DNA of 248,000 nt, taken from Octopus vulgaris. Its lineage: Eukaryota. Location: positions 25,068,001-25,316,000 of the forward strand of contig OX597819.1 of NCBI GenBank assembly GCA_951406725.2, written 5' to 3'. Each line of letters opens with the position of its first letter. Position 1 is the first letter of the stretch. Below are positions 14,001 to 28,992 of the stretch, piece by piece. The notes beneath the pieces were generated by a model. The model did not search any database. It had not been told where the DNA came from and worked only from the letters and a program-made list of their open reading frames with translations. The position numbers were made by a program, and so were the translations under genes.

Positions 14001-16954
14001 TGCTGCTGATAATGATGGTGATTTGATGATATATGAGCAAATTGGCAGTCATTCGGTCATTGAATAGAACTTTGCAATATTTGTTCTGGCCAAGGCGGCG
14101 AGCTGGCAGAAACATTAGCAGGCCGGGCAAAATGCTTAGCGGTTTTTCATCTGCCGCTACGTTCTCAGTTCAAATTCCACCGAAGTCAACTTTGCCTTTT
14201 GTCCTTTCGGGGTCAATTAAATAAGCACCAGTTACGCACTGGGGTCAATATAATCAACTTAATCCGTTTGTCTGTCCTTGTTTGTCCTCTCTGTGTTATG
14301 CCCCTTGTGGGTAGTAAAGAAATAGGTATTTTGTCTGTCTTTACGTTCTAATTTCAAATTCCGCTTACGTTGACCTTGCCTTTCATCCTTTTGGGTACCA
14401 GTTGCATGCTGGGGTCGATCTAATTGACTGGCCCACTCCTCCAAAATTTCGGGCCTCGTGCCTAGAATAGAAAAGAATATCTGTTCTGGCTCTCTGTGTT
14501 CTGAGTTCAAATTCTAACACGGTCAACTTTACCTTTCTCTCATCTTTTTCTGGGGGTCTATAAATAAAGTATCTTTCCAAGGTAATCGGTTGGCAGTATT
14601 TATTCTGGATCTTTGCATTTTGATAGCAGCATTTGCTTTATGTTGTTGCAAAGCATAAACAGGATCCTTTGAATGAAACTGACCAGGGATGAGATGGCAT
14701 GCTGGATGATATTGCAAATGAAATGAAGAAAGAACAAAATGTATGGCAATACATCGTACAACAGACCCACCCAAACTACATTGATATAAGAAAAATAAAA
14801 AAGACATTAAAATGGTGATGATGATGATTCTTGTGATTATCTACTGTAATTGTCTGCATCATCATAAATGTTGTTGTGGTCGTTGTTGTGATAATTTTTG
14901 TTTTCATTATTATCATTAAGAATTGGGAGGAAAAAGCCTTTTAAATTTGTTAGCATTCAAATTTATTTTACCTTGTTATTTTTTAATAAGTCATTGGTTA
15001 CTAAAAAGAAAAAGAGTTAGTCATTTCAGTTTATCAACATGACGAAATATTGGTCATTCTTCTGAACCACACATATGCATACACATACACACGACCCTTC
15101 CCCCCACCATTATTTCTTAAATTGTTGTTATCTCAAGGGAAACTCATTAGTACTTTGGAGCCATTTAGTTTTAATAATGAGATTTTTGAGGAAATCTGTA
15201 TCTGAAGAATTCTGAAGTGGTCAAACGAAGTCAAAAAAAAATTAAGCAAAGAATTTTTTTTTATATGTTTGGTATTGTTGATTGTCTGATAACATTTCTG
15301 AAGTATCAAGTCTCAGACTACTTCTGATATAGAACCAATTTAAAATAATGATTTTTTTACTATCAAAACTAATAAAATTGCCATCCAGAAACATATAATC
15401 ACATGAAGTATGAAAAACAAACACATAACATGAGCCACATAGCCACTCTTTTGTTTAAATGTGACCCATCTCAGCTTAGTTGTTAAATATCTTGGTCGTT
15501 TTTTTTTCCAAATACTGGTTCATCATCATCATATAACGTCCACATTACCATACTTGCATGAGTCACATGGAATTTATTGAGGCAAATTTTTGTATGGCCC
15601 TTCTTGTGACCAACCCATATTTTCCCATAGATAGACATGTTTTTCATTGAAGACTATGAATGAATAACCTCACTTGTAAGAAGCTGAAGCTCATTTACAA
15701 CTATCATGTGCTGTCTAGACAAGTGTTTGTATCTCAGACCGGACGATGTGTGTTTATGAGCGAAACACCTAAGCTCCACGCGGCTCCGGCAGAAGGTAAT
15801 GGCGAAACTTCTGCTGACTCTTTCGCCTCAACTTTCTCTCACTCTCTCCTACTGCATCTTGCAGCTCACCTGCGATGGACTGGCGTCCCATCCAGGTGGG
15901 GAACCTATACGCCAAGAAACTGGGAAACCGGCCCTTATGAGCCAGGCATGGCTTGAGAAGGAACCAAAAAAAACACACACACACACACACGTCTTTTCCT
16001 TCCCACCAACCAAATCCACTAACAATACTTTGGTGGTCTTGAGGCTCTAGTAGAAGATATTTGTCCAAGATGCCACACTGGGGATTGAACCATATGATTG
16101 ATAAGCAAGCATTCCAGCCACACAACTATGCCTATGCCTACTGCCATGCCTGCACTGGGTTCCCTGATCATAATGTCAATGATGGGGACATAAGACATAA
16201 AATTTGTGGTGGTATTTGATGACATTTTTGATATCATTGACGATGATAGGGGTATGGTTGATGAAATTGTTGAATCATGGTTGAAATATCTTGTGGTATT
16301 TAGTTACATCTCTCTTCACATTCTAAGTTCAAATGTTGTAGTTGACTTTTTCTTTTATTCTTCTTGGGTTGATTATATAAAGCAGCAATCAAGTGCTGCA
16401 GGTGATGTGATTGTTTTTAGTCCATCTCTGAATTTCTAGCCTGTTGCTTCTATAACAAATTAAGTGAGTTGTCAGGATTGTTAGAATATCAGAGAAATTG
16501 TTCTAGAGCACTTTATGTAGTTCTTTACATTTTAAGTTCAAATTCTACTGAGGCTAACTTTATCTTTCATCCCTTATTTGTTTTAATAAAATAATGTATT
16601 ATCTTGTACTGAGGGTGAAAGTACCAATCTAATCAACTAATCCCAGCCTCTCAAAATTGCTGGTCTTCTACCAAAATTGGAAATTATTATTATTATTAGA
16701 GCAATTGAATACTATGGATGGGGAGTAAAGCAGAAATTTACCCAGGATTTACAAGGCAAATAAGAAAATGGAGAAGGTAAACAATTGACAAACATCAGCC
16801 TGTAAACATTGAATTATATCTATTTATTAACTGTCTTTATATCTATTTATTAATTATCACTTATGCATAATTGTAATCAATTAATAAATAGATATATTTG
16901 AATATTTACATGCTGATGTTTGTCGATTATTTACACTCTCCATTTTCTTATTGG

Positions 16955-17000
<46 letters not shown>

Positions 17001-18918
17001 TATATAGAGAGAGACCAAAGTGTATGTACGCTGCTATATTTTATATATAAAAAATACAAAATGGAACAAAAACGCAAAACATCCAGACAGTTAGGTGAAA
17101 CAAAAAAGGGACAACAAAATATCCAGACAGACGATACAACGAAAACAAGGACAGATCATTCGAGTTTTCTATCCTCAGTCGAGTTCCAGATTAGCTTTGG
17201 AGCAATCTCGAGTATAACCAGCCGAAATTGCAAAAATAATCTGGAACTTGACTGAGGATAGAAAACTCTGAATGATCCGTCCTTGTTTTCCTTGTATCGT
17301 CTGTCTGGATATTTTGTTTTCCCTTTTTTTGTTTCACCTAACTGTCTGGATGTTTTGCATTCTTGTCCCATTTTTGTATTTTACATATATATATATATAT
17401 ATGTGAAAATCAATGTTGCTGTCAGCTGTATGCAAACACGTTTATTATTGGTTAACTCACCCTGACTGCACAAAAACTTTTATCAAAAATATTCCAGCCT
17501 TGACCATCAATCTAGTCTTTTTAAATGCCCAAGGCTACATTATCTAATGCATTCTTCCTTTTATTAAAATGATGTGGTGTATGACCTGTGAAATATTTGG
17601 CTATTATTTCTAGTAGGCCAGGCGGGCGACTGCACATAGGCTCCTCACATAAATCATGACCCTGTACATAGGTAGTAGCTGGAAGTGGAATGATTCAGCT
17701 TCTTGATTTGAAGTCCCTTTACTGTTCATCGTGTTCTTCAAGTAGATACTCTCCACCCCCTCAATTATCTGATTTTCCCCCTATGCCATCCATCTCATCT
17801 CCTCATGCACAAGTAGTTGTAGTGGATGAAGTAGTTTCAAAGTTAGGACCTTATCAATAATCTTGATATGGCCATGTCAAGCTGCAGCAGTCTTATAATA
17901 GCTTCTTAATTGGCAATGATAATGAGGCAATGCTAAGGAAGGTGACCATCAGGATATAGATGCTAATAGTGATAATGGTAATGATGCTGTTGTTGGTGGT
18001 GGTGATGATGATGATGGTGGTGGTGCTGCTGGTTACAGTAATGATGATGGGGGGAAAAAACTATTTACTCATAAAAATTCTTGAATGATTGAGAGAATAG
18101 TAGTGATTTGGGGGTTCTGTGTCAGTCTGGTAATATTTCAATTTCTGATATGTCCTATCCATCGCAGCACCTTTTTGGAATGTTTTGTATTTTATTTCGC
18201 TCATTTTTCATCTCCTGTCTCTTGTTGAAGGATCACAGTCTGAAATGTTAAATTACCCTCTGTTTCTTCCTTTCAGTGTAAAACTTGTAACTTCTATCCT
18301 TTTTGTGTTTTTTGGTTTCTGAAATATTTTTGAATGGTGGTAGTGGAATGTAGATATTTAAAGCAATATTCATGAACATGGATGTATACATGTGTTTTCT
18401 TTACTCAGAATTTAACAAAATATAAATAATAATAATAAATAAAAAAATACATCTTACCATAAAAGTACTGAGGCTAGAAGTTACTGTAATGGGAATACAT
18501 AGAAAACACAAGGAATTTCACAAGGCACTTGGAATAAAATATTCAATGTTATTTTTTGTGTAGAGTCTAGGGATTGAGATGCCTGTGTTGTGAGTGAGTG
18601 AGAAGGCTGAGATAGGAGTACAACATTATATTTGTATACAGGTATGTTGTGGCATGAGAATTCTTAAGAGCGTAAACTATCAGTAAAAAGCAATCCTCTC
18701 TCCTTCTCCCCCCCTCTCTCTCACACACAACCACACTTGGAACAAAATGATGGGTTAGAGGTTTAAAAGCAAACATAAAAAAGGTTTCTTTCTAATCAAT
18801 GGAACAATCTATGTATGAATAAAATATTCAATAATGTTTGGAATTTAAAAGGTACCCTGTTCCATGTTTAGATGACAATGAACAATCTGTTTTTTATATA
18901 TATGTGTGTGTATATGTG

Positions 18919-18963
<45 letters not shown>

Positions 18964-19242
18964 ATATATATGTGTGTGTATATGTATGTATATTTGTATA
19001 TATATGTGTGTGTATATGTATGTATATTTGTATATATATGTGTGTGTATATGTATGTATATTTGTATATAAATATGTGTGTGTATATGTATGTATACTTG
19101 TATATATTTATGTGTGTGTGTGTATGTATATCTATGTAAGTATGTATGTATATTTATTATGAATAAACAAATAGATAGTTATATCCAATTATGAATTTGT
19201 GCATGCATGTGTTTCACACACACAAGCATACACACTCATACA

Positions 19243-19285
<43 letters not shown>

Positions 19286-19990
19286 GCATACACACTCTTA
19301 CACACACACACACACACACACTGTATCTTGATTATTGAAAGCATGCTGAGATATTATATCTATAGTAAAATACATATTTACATCTACTGCTCTTTTTCTT
19401 TTTTTCGTCAATACATTTCTACAAATTGTTGGGTATCCTTGGCAAATTTTGTAATTGGTACACTCGGTTCCTTTGAACCTAAAATCGGTTATGATTCTTG
19501 TCTTTTGTATTTTCTTGCTGTCTTTTACACAGTTAAGTGTATGCGTTATGTATAGGCATAAAGACATGTATAGATATGTCTGTGTATTTATATATATAAA
19601 TGTATACATGTGAATGAATATGTATGTGTGCATGTAAATATATGTGTGTTTGTGTGTATATATTATATCATAATATTTAGAGATATTGTGTATGTATGTA
19701 TGTATGTATGTATGTATGTATGTATGTATGTATGTATGTATGTATGTATGTATATATGAAGTGGGTGCTGAAAAGTTTCTGGCTTTAAGGGTATTGTGAA
19801 AGGCCTGGTCAGAGGCCTAACTTTCTGAGTTCTTTTACAGGGCTTAGAAAAACTGAAGGACTGCTGCAGTAAGTGTGTGATTCAGAGGGGGGGAATATGT
19901 TAAATAAAATCATAATAAACTGTTCCTCCTAATTTTTATTTAGCCAGGAATTTTTCTGTCACCTCTCATATATATATATATATATATATA

Positions 19991-20029
<39 letters not shown>

Positions 20030-21486
20030 CAAAGTGGAGTTGTAAGGTACCGCACGAGTGGAATTATATAAGAAAGAAGGTTTGAAAATGCAATTTTAAA
20101 AGATGTTTATTCACTTTAAATAAACATTTTTAAAATTGCATTTTCAAACCTTCTTTCGTATATATATATATATATATACATACATACATACATATATATG
20201 TGTAGATATAAGCACAGGTCGGTTAAGAAGTTTACTTGCTTGACAAACCATGTGATTTTGGGTCATTCAGTGTGTGGCATGTTGGGCAAATGTTGACCAA
20301 TGCCTTGTGAGTGAAATTTAGATAGAAAATGTATGAAAGCCTTTTATATATATGTACGCTTCTGTGTGTGTGTGTGTGCGTGTGCACGCACATGTGACAT
20401 GACTTGGAAAGCATGACTAGGGGACAAACACAGACACACAAACTCATACACACACACATATATATAGATACATATATACGACAGGCTTCTTTCAGTTTCC
20501 GTCTACCAAATCCACTCACAAGGCATTGGTCGGCCTGGGGATATAACAGAAGACACTTGCCCAAGATGCCACGCTGTGGGACTGAACCCAGAACCATGTG
20601 GTTGGTTAGCAAGCTACTTATCACACAGCCACTCCTGCGCCTATTGTCATTAACATTGCCTGAGCAAAAAACCCTAATGTTGTCTATATTCTTCTATAAA
20701 ATGTCCCCATAGTTGATGTCATGTAATGTGACTGAACCCTAAGCCATGTTGTTGCAGAGTGAATTTCTTAACTGCATGGCTACAGTAGCACCCCTAAATA
20801 TATTTGGATAAACATACAGATAGATATACACACACATATTTACATAATAGCCATCCCCCCACACACACACACAAACTGAAATTAAACTGAGCAAAAAAAA
20901 AAAAAAAAGAAGGAAAGGGAAAAATTATCTGGTTTAATTTCAATCGTTTTGAATATGAACAAATTTATGGGAAGATTAAAAGCTGTAGTAAAACATATGT
21001 ATATGTGTCCAAACTATTAATTCTGTACAGGATCACATGCCTGGCGTTTCTGCCTACCATTTAATTGCATGTTTTATTTGAGTCTTGCTGGTCTTCTGGC
21101 ATTTGACTCTTAACTGATGGTAATTAGGTAATAAATAGAAGGTAAAGGAAGAGCTGAATAATAATAATAATGATAATAATAATAATAATAATAACAATAA
21201 TAATAATAATAATAATAATAATGCCAATGGAGAACTCTTGGGTTTGGGGTAGAAAGAGACTGTTGAAAAAAAAATTGTAACTTAAGTGTGCATATGTGTG
21301 TAGGATATAGTGAATAAGGTGGAGAGAGGGAGAAAGAAGAGAAGGGGATTGAAAGTAAAGGCAGGAAAACTAAAGGGGAAAATAGAGAGAGAAAGGAAGC
21401 TGCTGATAAACACAGAGATATTGAAAGGAAGAGAGATGAGGGGACAGAAAAATTAAATTTACATGTAATGTATGTGGTGAGAAAGT

Positions 21487-21529
<43 letters not shown>

Positions 21530-21709
21530 TTATTTATTTATACAAATGCTTATACATACAATGGGTTTCATTTATTTTTTGTGTACTAAATCCTCTCATT
21601 TTGGTCAGTCTGGGAATAGAGTAGAAAACAGTTGCGAAGGTGTCATACAGTGAAACTGAACCCCCAAACCAAGTTATTCGGAAATGAACTTCTTAACTAC
21701 ATTACCATG

Positions 21710-21776
<67 letters not shown>

Positions 21777-24141
21777 ATGCACATAGATTCACGTGTGCAA
21801 TGCTGGAACATTTGTTTTCAGCATAAAGTTGGAAAGTGGAACCCCCTTCATTGTATCCTTTAGAAATAAAGTGATGTGTTTAGCCTCAGGAGGCCTAACA
21901 CATAACTTATTGAAGAGTTTGAATTCAATAAATTTATTTCTAAAATTTCAATGGCTGTCTGTTTCAGAAATAATCAATTTAGTGAAAAGTAGGAGAAAAG
22001 TGAGGTATGTTGGTGTGCTGTAAGGAGGAAGAATGTTTAAATTTTTGAAGATGATTTGTTCACAATCCTTATTTTTTATTATCACTGAAAATATCTGTCC
22101 TGGTTGTCTGTTTATCCATTCACACATCTATCTACTTATATATCCTTCTATTCATTTGTATTCCAGCACATTTTCGTATCTGTCTGTGCACTCTTTTGTC
22201 TGTCTGTCTGTCAGCACCCTTGTGTCTGTCATGAGGCGTTCTGTTTAACTTTCTCTTTTACCTGTCTTTGTGCCCTTCTGTTTGTGTGTCTGTACACTCT
22301 ATGCCTACCTCAGTGCCATTCTGTTTGTCTGTGTACTCTTGTGACTGCCTCTGCATCTTCAATGCATTCAAAACCTTCTGGTTTTCATATAATGCAGATA
22401 ACAAAAGGGATAATACAATAGCATCTTAACTAAACTCCCTTTATATCCTAAACAATCTACATCAACACATACATAGCTCATTAAGCCAACTATGAAAACT
22501 TTTCCCCAGACATCATATTCTGATCTACATACCTAGCTATCACAATTTCTTGGCAAATATTCCCTAACTGTCCTTAGACCACCCACCAGTTATTCTCACC
22601 ACACACTAAGGTAACAGAATGGTACAATCATTAGAATGGTGAGAAAAAAATGCTTTGTAGCTATTTATCTGACTCTTTACATTACAAATTCAAATTTTGC
22701 CTAGGTCAACTTTGCCTTTCATATTTCTGGGATCAATAAAATAAAGTATCAATTGAATACTAGCATTGTTGGTATCAATGTTGGAATCAACTCTCTTCAA
22801 AATTGTTGTTTTTGTGCCTAACCTTGAAACACAATGCACTTGCATATAAATGAGTATGAGGAATGTAAAAAATATTTTTACATACTTCAAAAATGTACAT
22901 TAGAATAAGTTTCAACAAGAAACATTAACAAAGTTCTTTGAATTTAACTACACCACAATGACTAACTTAAATACTGCAATCTACAAATTCAGCAAGACAT
23001 CTTCCACAAAGCAATATGAAAAATACAACCCCACCTACAATGATTTGAGATTATTTTGGAATATTAAGGTTTCTGTGTTCAAATAGAAAAAATATTTCTT
23101 GATTTATAGCTTGGTGAATGTTGCGTCGTCACCATAATCTCATCATTCCAATGTTCACTTTTCCATGCTTGTATGCGTTGGACTGAATTTAACCCTTTAG
23201 TGTTCACATTATTCTGCCAAAATTAATGCTTTTTCATCCACATTGTTTTGAACTAATCAGGCATTATCTTGGTGCTATGAGATTTTGATGAGGTAGCTGT
23301 TAATTTTTGAAACGATATTGTAGGGTTGGTGTGAGAGACCAGATCTGACCAGTTTGAACATAAAACAGGCAGAATACTTTTGGCCGGATATGGCCAGTTT
23401 AAATGCTAAAGGGTTAATGAGTTTTTTTTACAATCAGTCACCAACCCTCACCACTTTCTAAGTACTTCCCCATGACCTGACATATCTTCACGGATCAGAA
23501 AGGAAAGACTCTGCTTGCATGAGAGTGAGACTTGTTTACAATCATCATGTCAAGGCAAGAAAACAGTAACTCAAATACACACTCATACATACACACACAC
23601 CATGGGCTTTTTTCAGCTTTTGCCAACATAACCCTGCCTCAACTTTTTGGTCTGCCCAGGGATTGTACCTGAAACCATGTGGTTGGGAATCAAGCTTCTT
23701 ACCACACAGCCACACTTCCATCTGTATTCTTCCTTCATCCACAAAGATACTCTTTAAGTCATTAATATCTAAACTATTGTTAAATTGTATTCCAGATGCC
23801 AGCTGAATAATATGGAAGTTAGTTAACTAAATCTCTCAGAATCCTTAAATTTCAAACTTTATTGAAACATATAAACAGTATATTTCATTAAAAATACTTC
23901 TGCAAAAGGGTTACCATTTCATCTCTTTTACTCTTTTACTTGTTTCAGTCATTTGACTGCGGCCATGCTGGAGCACCGCCTTTAATCGAGCAACTCGACC
24001 CCGGGACTTATTCTTTTGTAAGCCCAGTACTTATTCTATCGGTCTCTTTTGCCGAACCGCTAAGTAACGGGGACATAAACACACCAGCATCGGTTGTCAA
24101 GCAATGCTAGGGGGACAAACACAGACACACAAACACACACA

Positions 24142-24182
<41 letters not shown>

Positions 24183-25115
24183 GACGGGCTTCTTTCAGTT
24201 TCCGTCTACCAAATCCACTCACAAGGCATTGGTTGGCCCGGGGATATAGCAGAAGACACTTGCCCAAGATGCCACACAGTGGGACTGAACCCGGAACCAT
24301 GTGGTTGGTTAGCAAGCTACTTACCACACAGCCACTCCTGACATCAGTTATAGCTTTCTGTATATGTATTAATCTGTATTTGAAGATAATTAACTGAAAG
24401 AGAAAAGTTCACGAAAGTATTGTTGTTATTCATACTGAAATCTTCCAGAAAGAATCTACGTCACGTTTGATTGGAAACGGTTATGGCAACATAGTTTTGT
24501 TTCAGCTGAGCTAATCCTCCTTATTATACGTTGAAAGTATTTAACAACATTTCTTCTGGAGAATACATCGACATTATAATATTCAACATTAAACTAACAA
24601 ACCATAGATTAAAAGCAAATTCTTTCACCAAGCTCCATTCCATTATATTGGAGAAATATTTTATGTTAGTTTACTCATCTCTACCCTGCCCACCAACCCA
24701 CAGCAAGAAAGTTGTTAGATCTCCAGAAAGAAGTGTAGACATTTATAGGTGATTAGGAGCTGAAAGAAAACATTCACTCTAACGATTAGGACCTCAGAGG
24801 AAGAAAAACTGCCCCATAAAATAACAAGAAAGAAAAGTAAATATAAAACTAAGAAAATGATAAATGATAAATGAAACAGTTTGAAAATTGTACCTATGTT
24901 TTAAGGAGTTAGATGTTTCTTTTATCAATGTTAATAACTGTGAAATATTTTATTTATTTATTTCTACCTTCTTTATATTATTTCTTACACACTCTCCAAC
25001 ATTATCAATACTCTTCCTCACATACACTCTCTCACTACACACATGCACACACACATATGTGCATATATATTCATTCACGCAGAAATACATACAAATGTGT
25101 GTGTATGTATATGTT

Positions 25116-25180
<65 letters not shown>

Positions 25181-25460
25181 ATATATATATATATATATGT
25201 ATGTGTGTATATATATATATATATATACAGAGAGAGAGAGTCTGTGTGTGTTCTGTCTCTGTTATTCGCTCTCTCTCTCTTTCTAACATTTTCTTGTCTT
25301 TATCATCAGTACCATAAACTTCTTTTTCATTTACTTGGCTGAGACAGGGGGGAGCAACCATGATCTTTGACACCTCTCTTTCCCTCTCAGGCCAGTGAAA
25401 TCGATGTTGTTCACGTTGAGTTTGAACTTTTGTAGCTTGATGATATTTGTAGATAATACT

Positions 25461-25495
<35 letters not shown>

Positions 25496-27984
25496 CTGTG
25501 TGTGTGTGTGCATCTGTGTGTATGCATGCATATATGTGTTGTGGTTAGTGGAAAGTATGATGGCCAGAAAATATGCTGGTTGTAACAGTGAGAAGCGATG
25601 CTTAGGGAAATCATGTTGGTTAAGGAGCGGTGTGTTGGAAGTCTCTCTTCTAAGTTAATTGAGACCTTTTTTTTTTAATGTTGCAGAAACCTCAGCTGTC
25701 ATTTATAAAGTAATGAAGTTGGATGACTGTGTAAAGCACCAGTAATATCTGAACTATGTAGACACTTTATCTGGTAGAAATAGCAACCAAGTCTTCCTCA
25801 AATCATACCTTGCTATTTTAGAAACAGATTAATACATTGGACAATCTAGTCCTAGATATTCAGAAATACTGAATGGTTACAAGAGAAACACCTGGGATGA
25901 TAGACCTGCTCTGTTGGTGCTCACCTGTTGTATGAACATGAATTACAATAATTATAACATGAATTACAATAACTATAACAGAATATTTTGCATCAGTTTC
26001 ATAGATGTATAAGATTGATTAATTAACTAGTATGTATCTCATACTTGTTTTATTGTCCCTGGCAGAGAATAGTAGTTGCTGTTGGGATTTGAACATAAAA
26101 AGAAATTAGTAAATACTGAATAACATTTAGTACGTTATTTGTTTGTTTCAGCCACTCTATTGTCTTAATAATAGTGATGATGATGATGATGATGATTATG
26201 TCTACCATAACCACAATGTTAAACACTTTGGGGAATCAGTAAATGTCACTTTAAATTGATGCCATCACTTGGTTATGTACTTATTATCAACCTGGGCAAG
26301 ATTAAATGCAAAGGTGACCTCAATGAGATGTGAGGAGAGAACATAAAGTGATGTAACTTAATACTACAAACTATTTTGTTCAGTACCCTATTGAGCCCAT
26401 CATCGCTGCTAATGAATCTGTTATTTACCACCCAAAATAATCTGTCACTTAGCGCAATAATAATAATAATAGCAATTGCTTTTTATATTCAGGCTCAAGA
26501 CCAGTAAGTAAATTTTAAGAGAATTGGTTTACACTATACCATTCACCACAGTAGATGACTGGTTCTTTATTTCAACAGCCTTGAAAAGATGAAAAGCAAA
26601 GTTGACCTCAGCAGTATTTGAAATCAATAATAATAATAATGAATTGTCATAGAGGGCAATTGTGAAAATGTAGGGGAAGCTTTTTAATCCACTCAATGTG
26701 CTACAACCTGTCTAGTGCTGGAGTTGCAATGATAAAGTGGAGGCGCAATGGCTCAGTGGTTAGGGCAGCAGACTCGCGGTCATAGGATCGCGGTTTCGAT
26801 TCCCAGACCGGGCGTTGTGAGTATTTATTGAGCGAAAACACCTAAAGCTCCACGAGGCTCTGGCAGGGGATGGTGGTGATCCCTGCTGTACTCTTTCACC
26901 ACAACTTTCTCTCACTCTTACTTCCTGTTTCTGTTGTACCTGTATTTCAAAGGGCCGGCCTTGTCACTCTCTGTGTCATGCTGAATATCCCCGAGAACTA
27001 TGTTAAAGGTACACGTGTCTGTGGAGTGCTCAGCCACTTACACGTTAATTTCACGAGCAGGCTGTTCCGTTGGTTCGGATCAACCAGAACCCTCATCGTC
27101 GTAACCGATGGAGTGCTTCCACACGCAATGATAAAATACATTTAGTCAACTGGTTAAAGTGGTTGGAACCAAGAAAAGTATTCAGCCATAGAGACCATAT
27201 CAAAACTTGGACCCTGCAAATCACATCATGCCGTAACCGTTTAGGCGGGTAGTAATTCCAAATAAGGAGTGACACACAATGGAAATGTGTCAGTGTTGCT
27301 TCTTACATAAGACAACTGGTTTCTATAGTCAATGGCCTGATAAGATGTACACTGTAAAATTGTTGTCAATAGGAAAGGAATTCAGGTTTGGATAATAGGC
27401 CAAAATGGAACATTTAAGTGAGATGTGGAGACTGAAAGCTGCTTTGTAGGCAACTGTCTAGAAGGACAGTAACTCTGAGTAAGTTAGAGAGGACTCTTTA
27501 GTCTTATTCACTTGTAACTATTTTTTATGCCAGTAGAATGACAGAATGCATCCAGTCAAATCTACAAGATATTCACGACACCAAATGTGTATACAAGATG
27601 ATGTGGACTATGACAACCCACTTAACCCATGCCAATATGGTAGAAAACATACAGTGAAGATGATGATGATGATATTGATAATTTTGAGGAAGTTTCAGTG
27701 CAGTTTGTACAAAAGGGAGGTCAAATACCTAGTATTAATTCTAGGATGTTACTAGCCATTTTATGAACTTGTCTGATGTTTGAATTCAAATTGTAGGATG
27801 GCAGAACTTAATCATATAAATCATTTAGTTTGGCGCTTAAACTGTTTATTTCACTTCAGTTTGTCATTACTTGTCATTGTTTACAGTTATTGGTGAAAGC
27901 ATCTGGAGAGTTTGGATAAAATGGTCTTTGAATCCATTTACATTCTGTTTGAAACCCCATTGGGAGCCATTTTTTTTTTTTTTT

Positions 27985-28310
27985 TTTGCATCCTTGACCG
28001 TTTTTGAACTCAGAATGTAAAATGTTGAAGATATTTTCCTCAACAGGCCCTGCCCTATTTAACATTGTCTCGAAGGAGATCAAAGAGGAAAAGGATCCCA
28101 TCAACTTTAAACAGAGTCTGGATAGATTCCTTCAAAGAATACCAGATAAGCCACCCATAATTGGATACAACTCACCCAACAAGAACTCACTACTTGAACA
28201 AAACTTGCCTTAAACAGGATTCGCATAATCCTATCAGGTGGTGCTATTAAGTTAGACATGGCCTGGACCAATCTTTGGTCGAAACATATCTAAGTTTATC
28301 TAAGTTTAAG
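27985..28310 (+). mobile_element. CR1/L2-like LINE 3' fragment
   Basis: GPALFNIV...FKQSLDRFLQRIPDKP.IGY...NSLL followed by a short tandem tail (atctaagttt). Confidence 0.6.
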
Positions 28311-28957
28311 TTTATACTGCAAAGCATTTTTTAGCTCTGATCTAACAATTCTGCTAATCCATCAACTTGATGATAATAAATACCTCACATTAACATAAGT
28401 TCTGAAGTTTTTTTTTAAGGATGTAAACAGTGATTAAATCAACCCCAGTACTTGACTGGTACTCTATTTTAGCTATCCTGGAGCGATGAAGTGAAGTCGA
28501 CTTTGTTAAGACAAGTTCAGATGTCACTATATGCCTGGTACTTAGTTTATAAATTCTAGAATGAAGAACGTCTTCATAGTTGCATAAAAAAGTTTAGAAC
28601 TATGAACATCACTAATATCAATTTCACCTTCCTTGAAAATCCAAGGCTTCATTGCCTACATAAGCTTATGTTAGAAATATAATAGGGAGAGGGGTGGGTA
28701 ATTGAGTAACATAGACCCTAAGCGTGTGTGCATGTGTGTGTGTGTGTGAGCATGATTACAAATATGGATGCTTATAAATGAAGGTGAGAGAGTGAAGAGA
28801 AATGTTAGTGTGTAGAAAAAGAAGAAAAGTTGTTAGGGAAGAAAAGTATAAGTTTATTGGAGAGGAAGAGGTGGGGGTTATTGGATTAAGCAGTTATTGC
28901 AAGCACACACATACACATGCATACATGCATACACGGAATGAGAGAATGATAAGCTAT

Positions 28958-28992
<35 letters not shown>

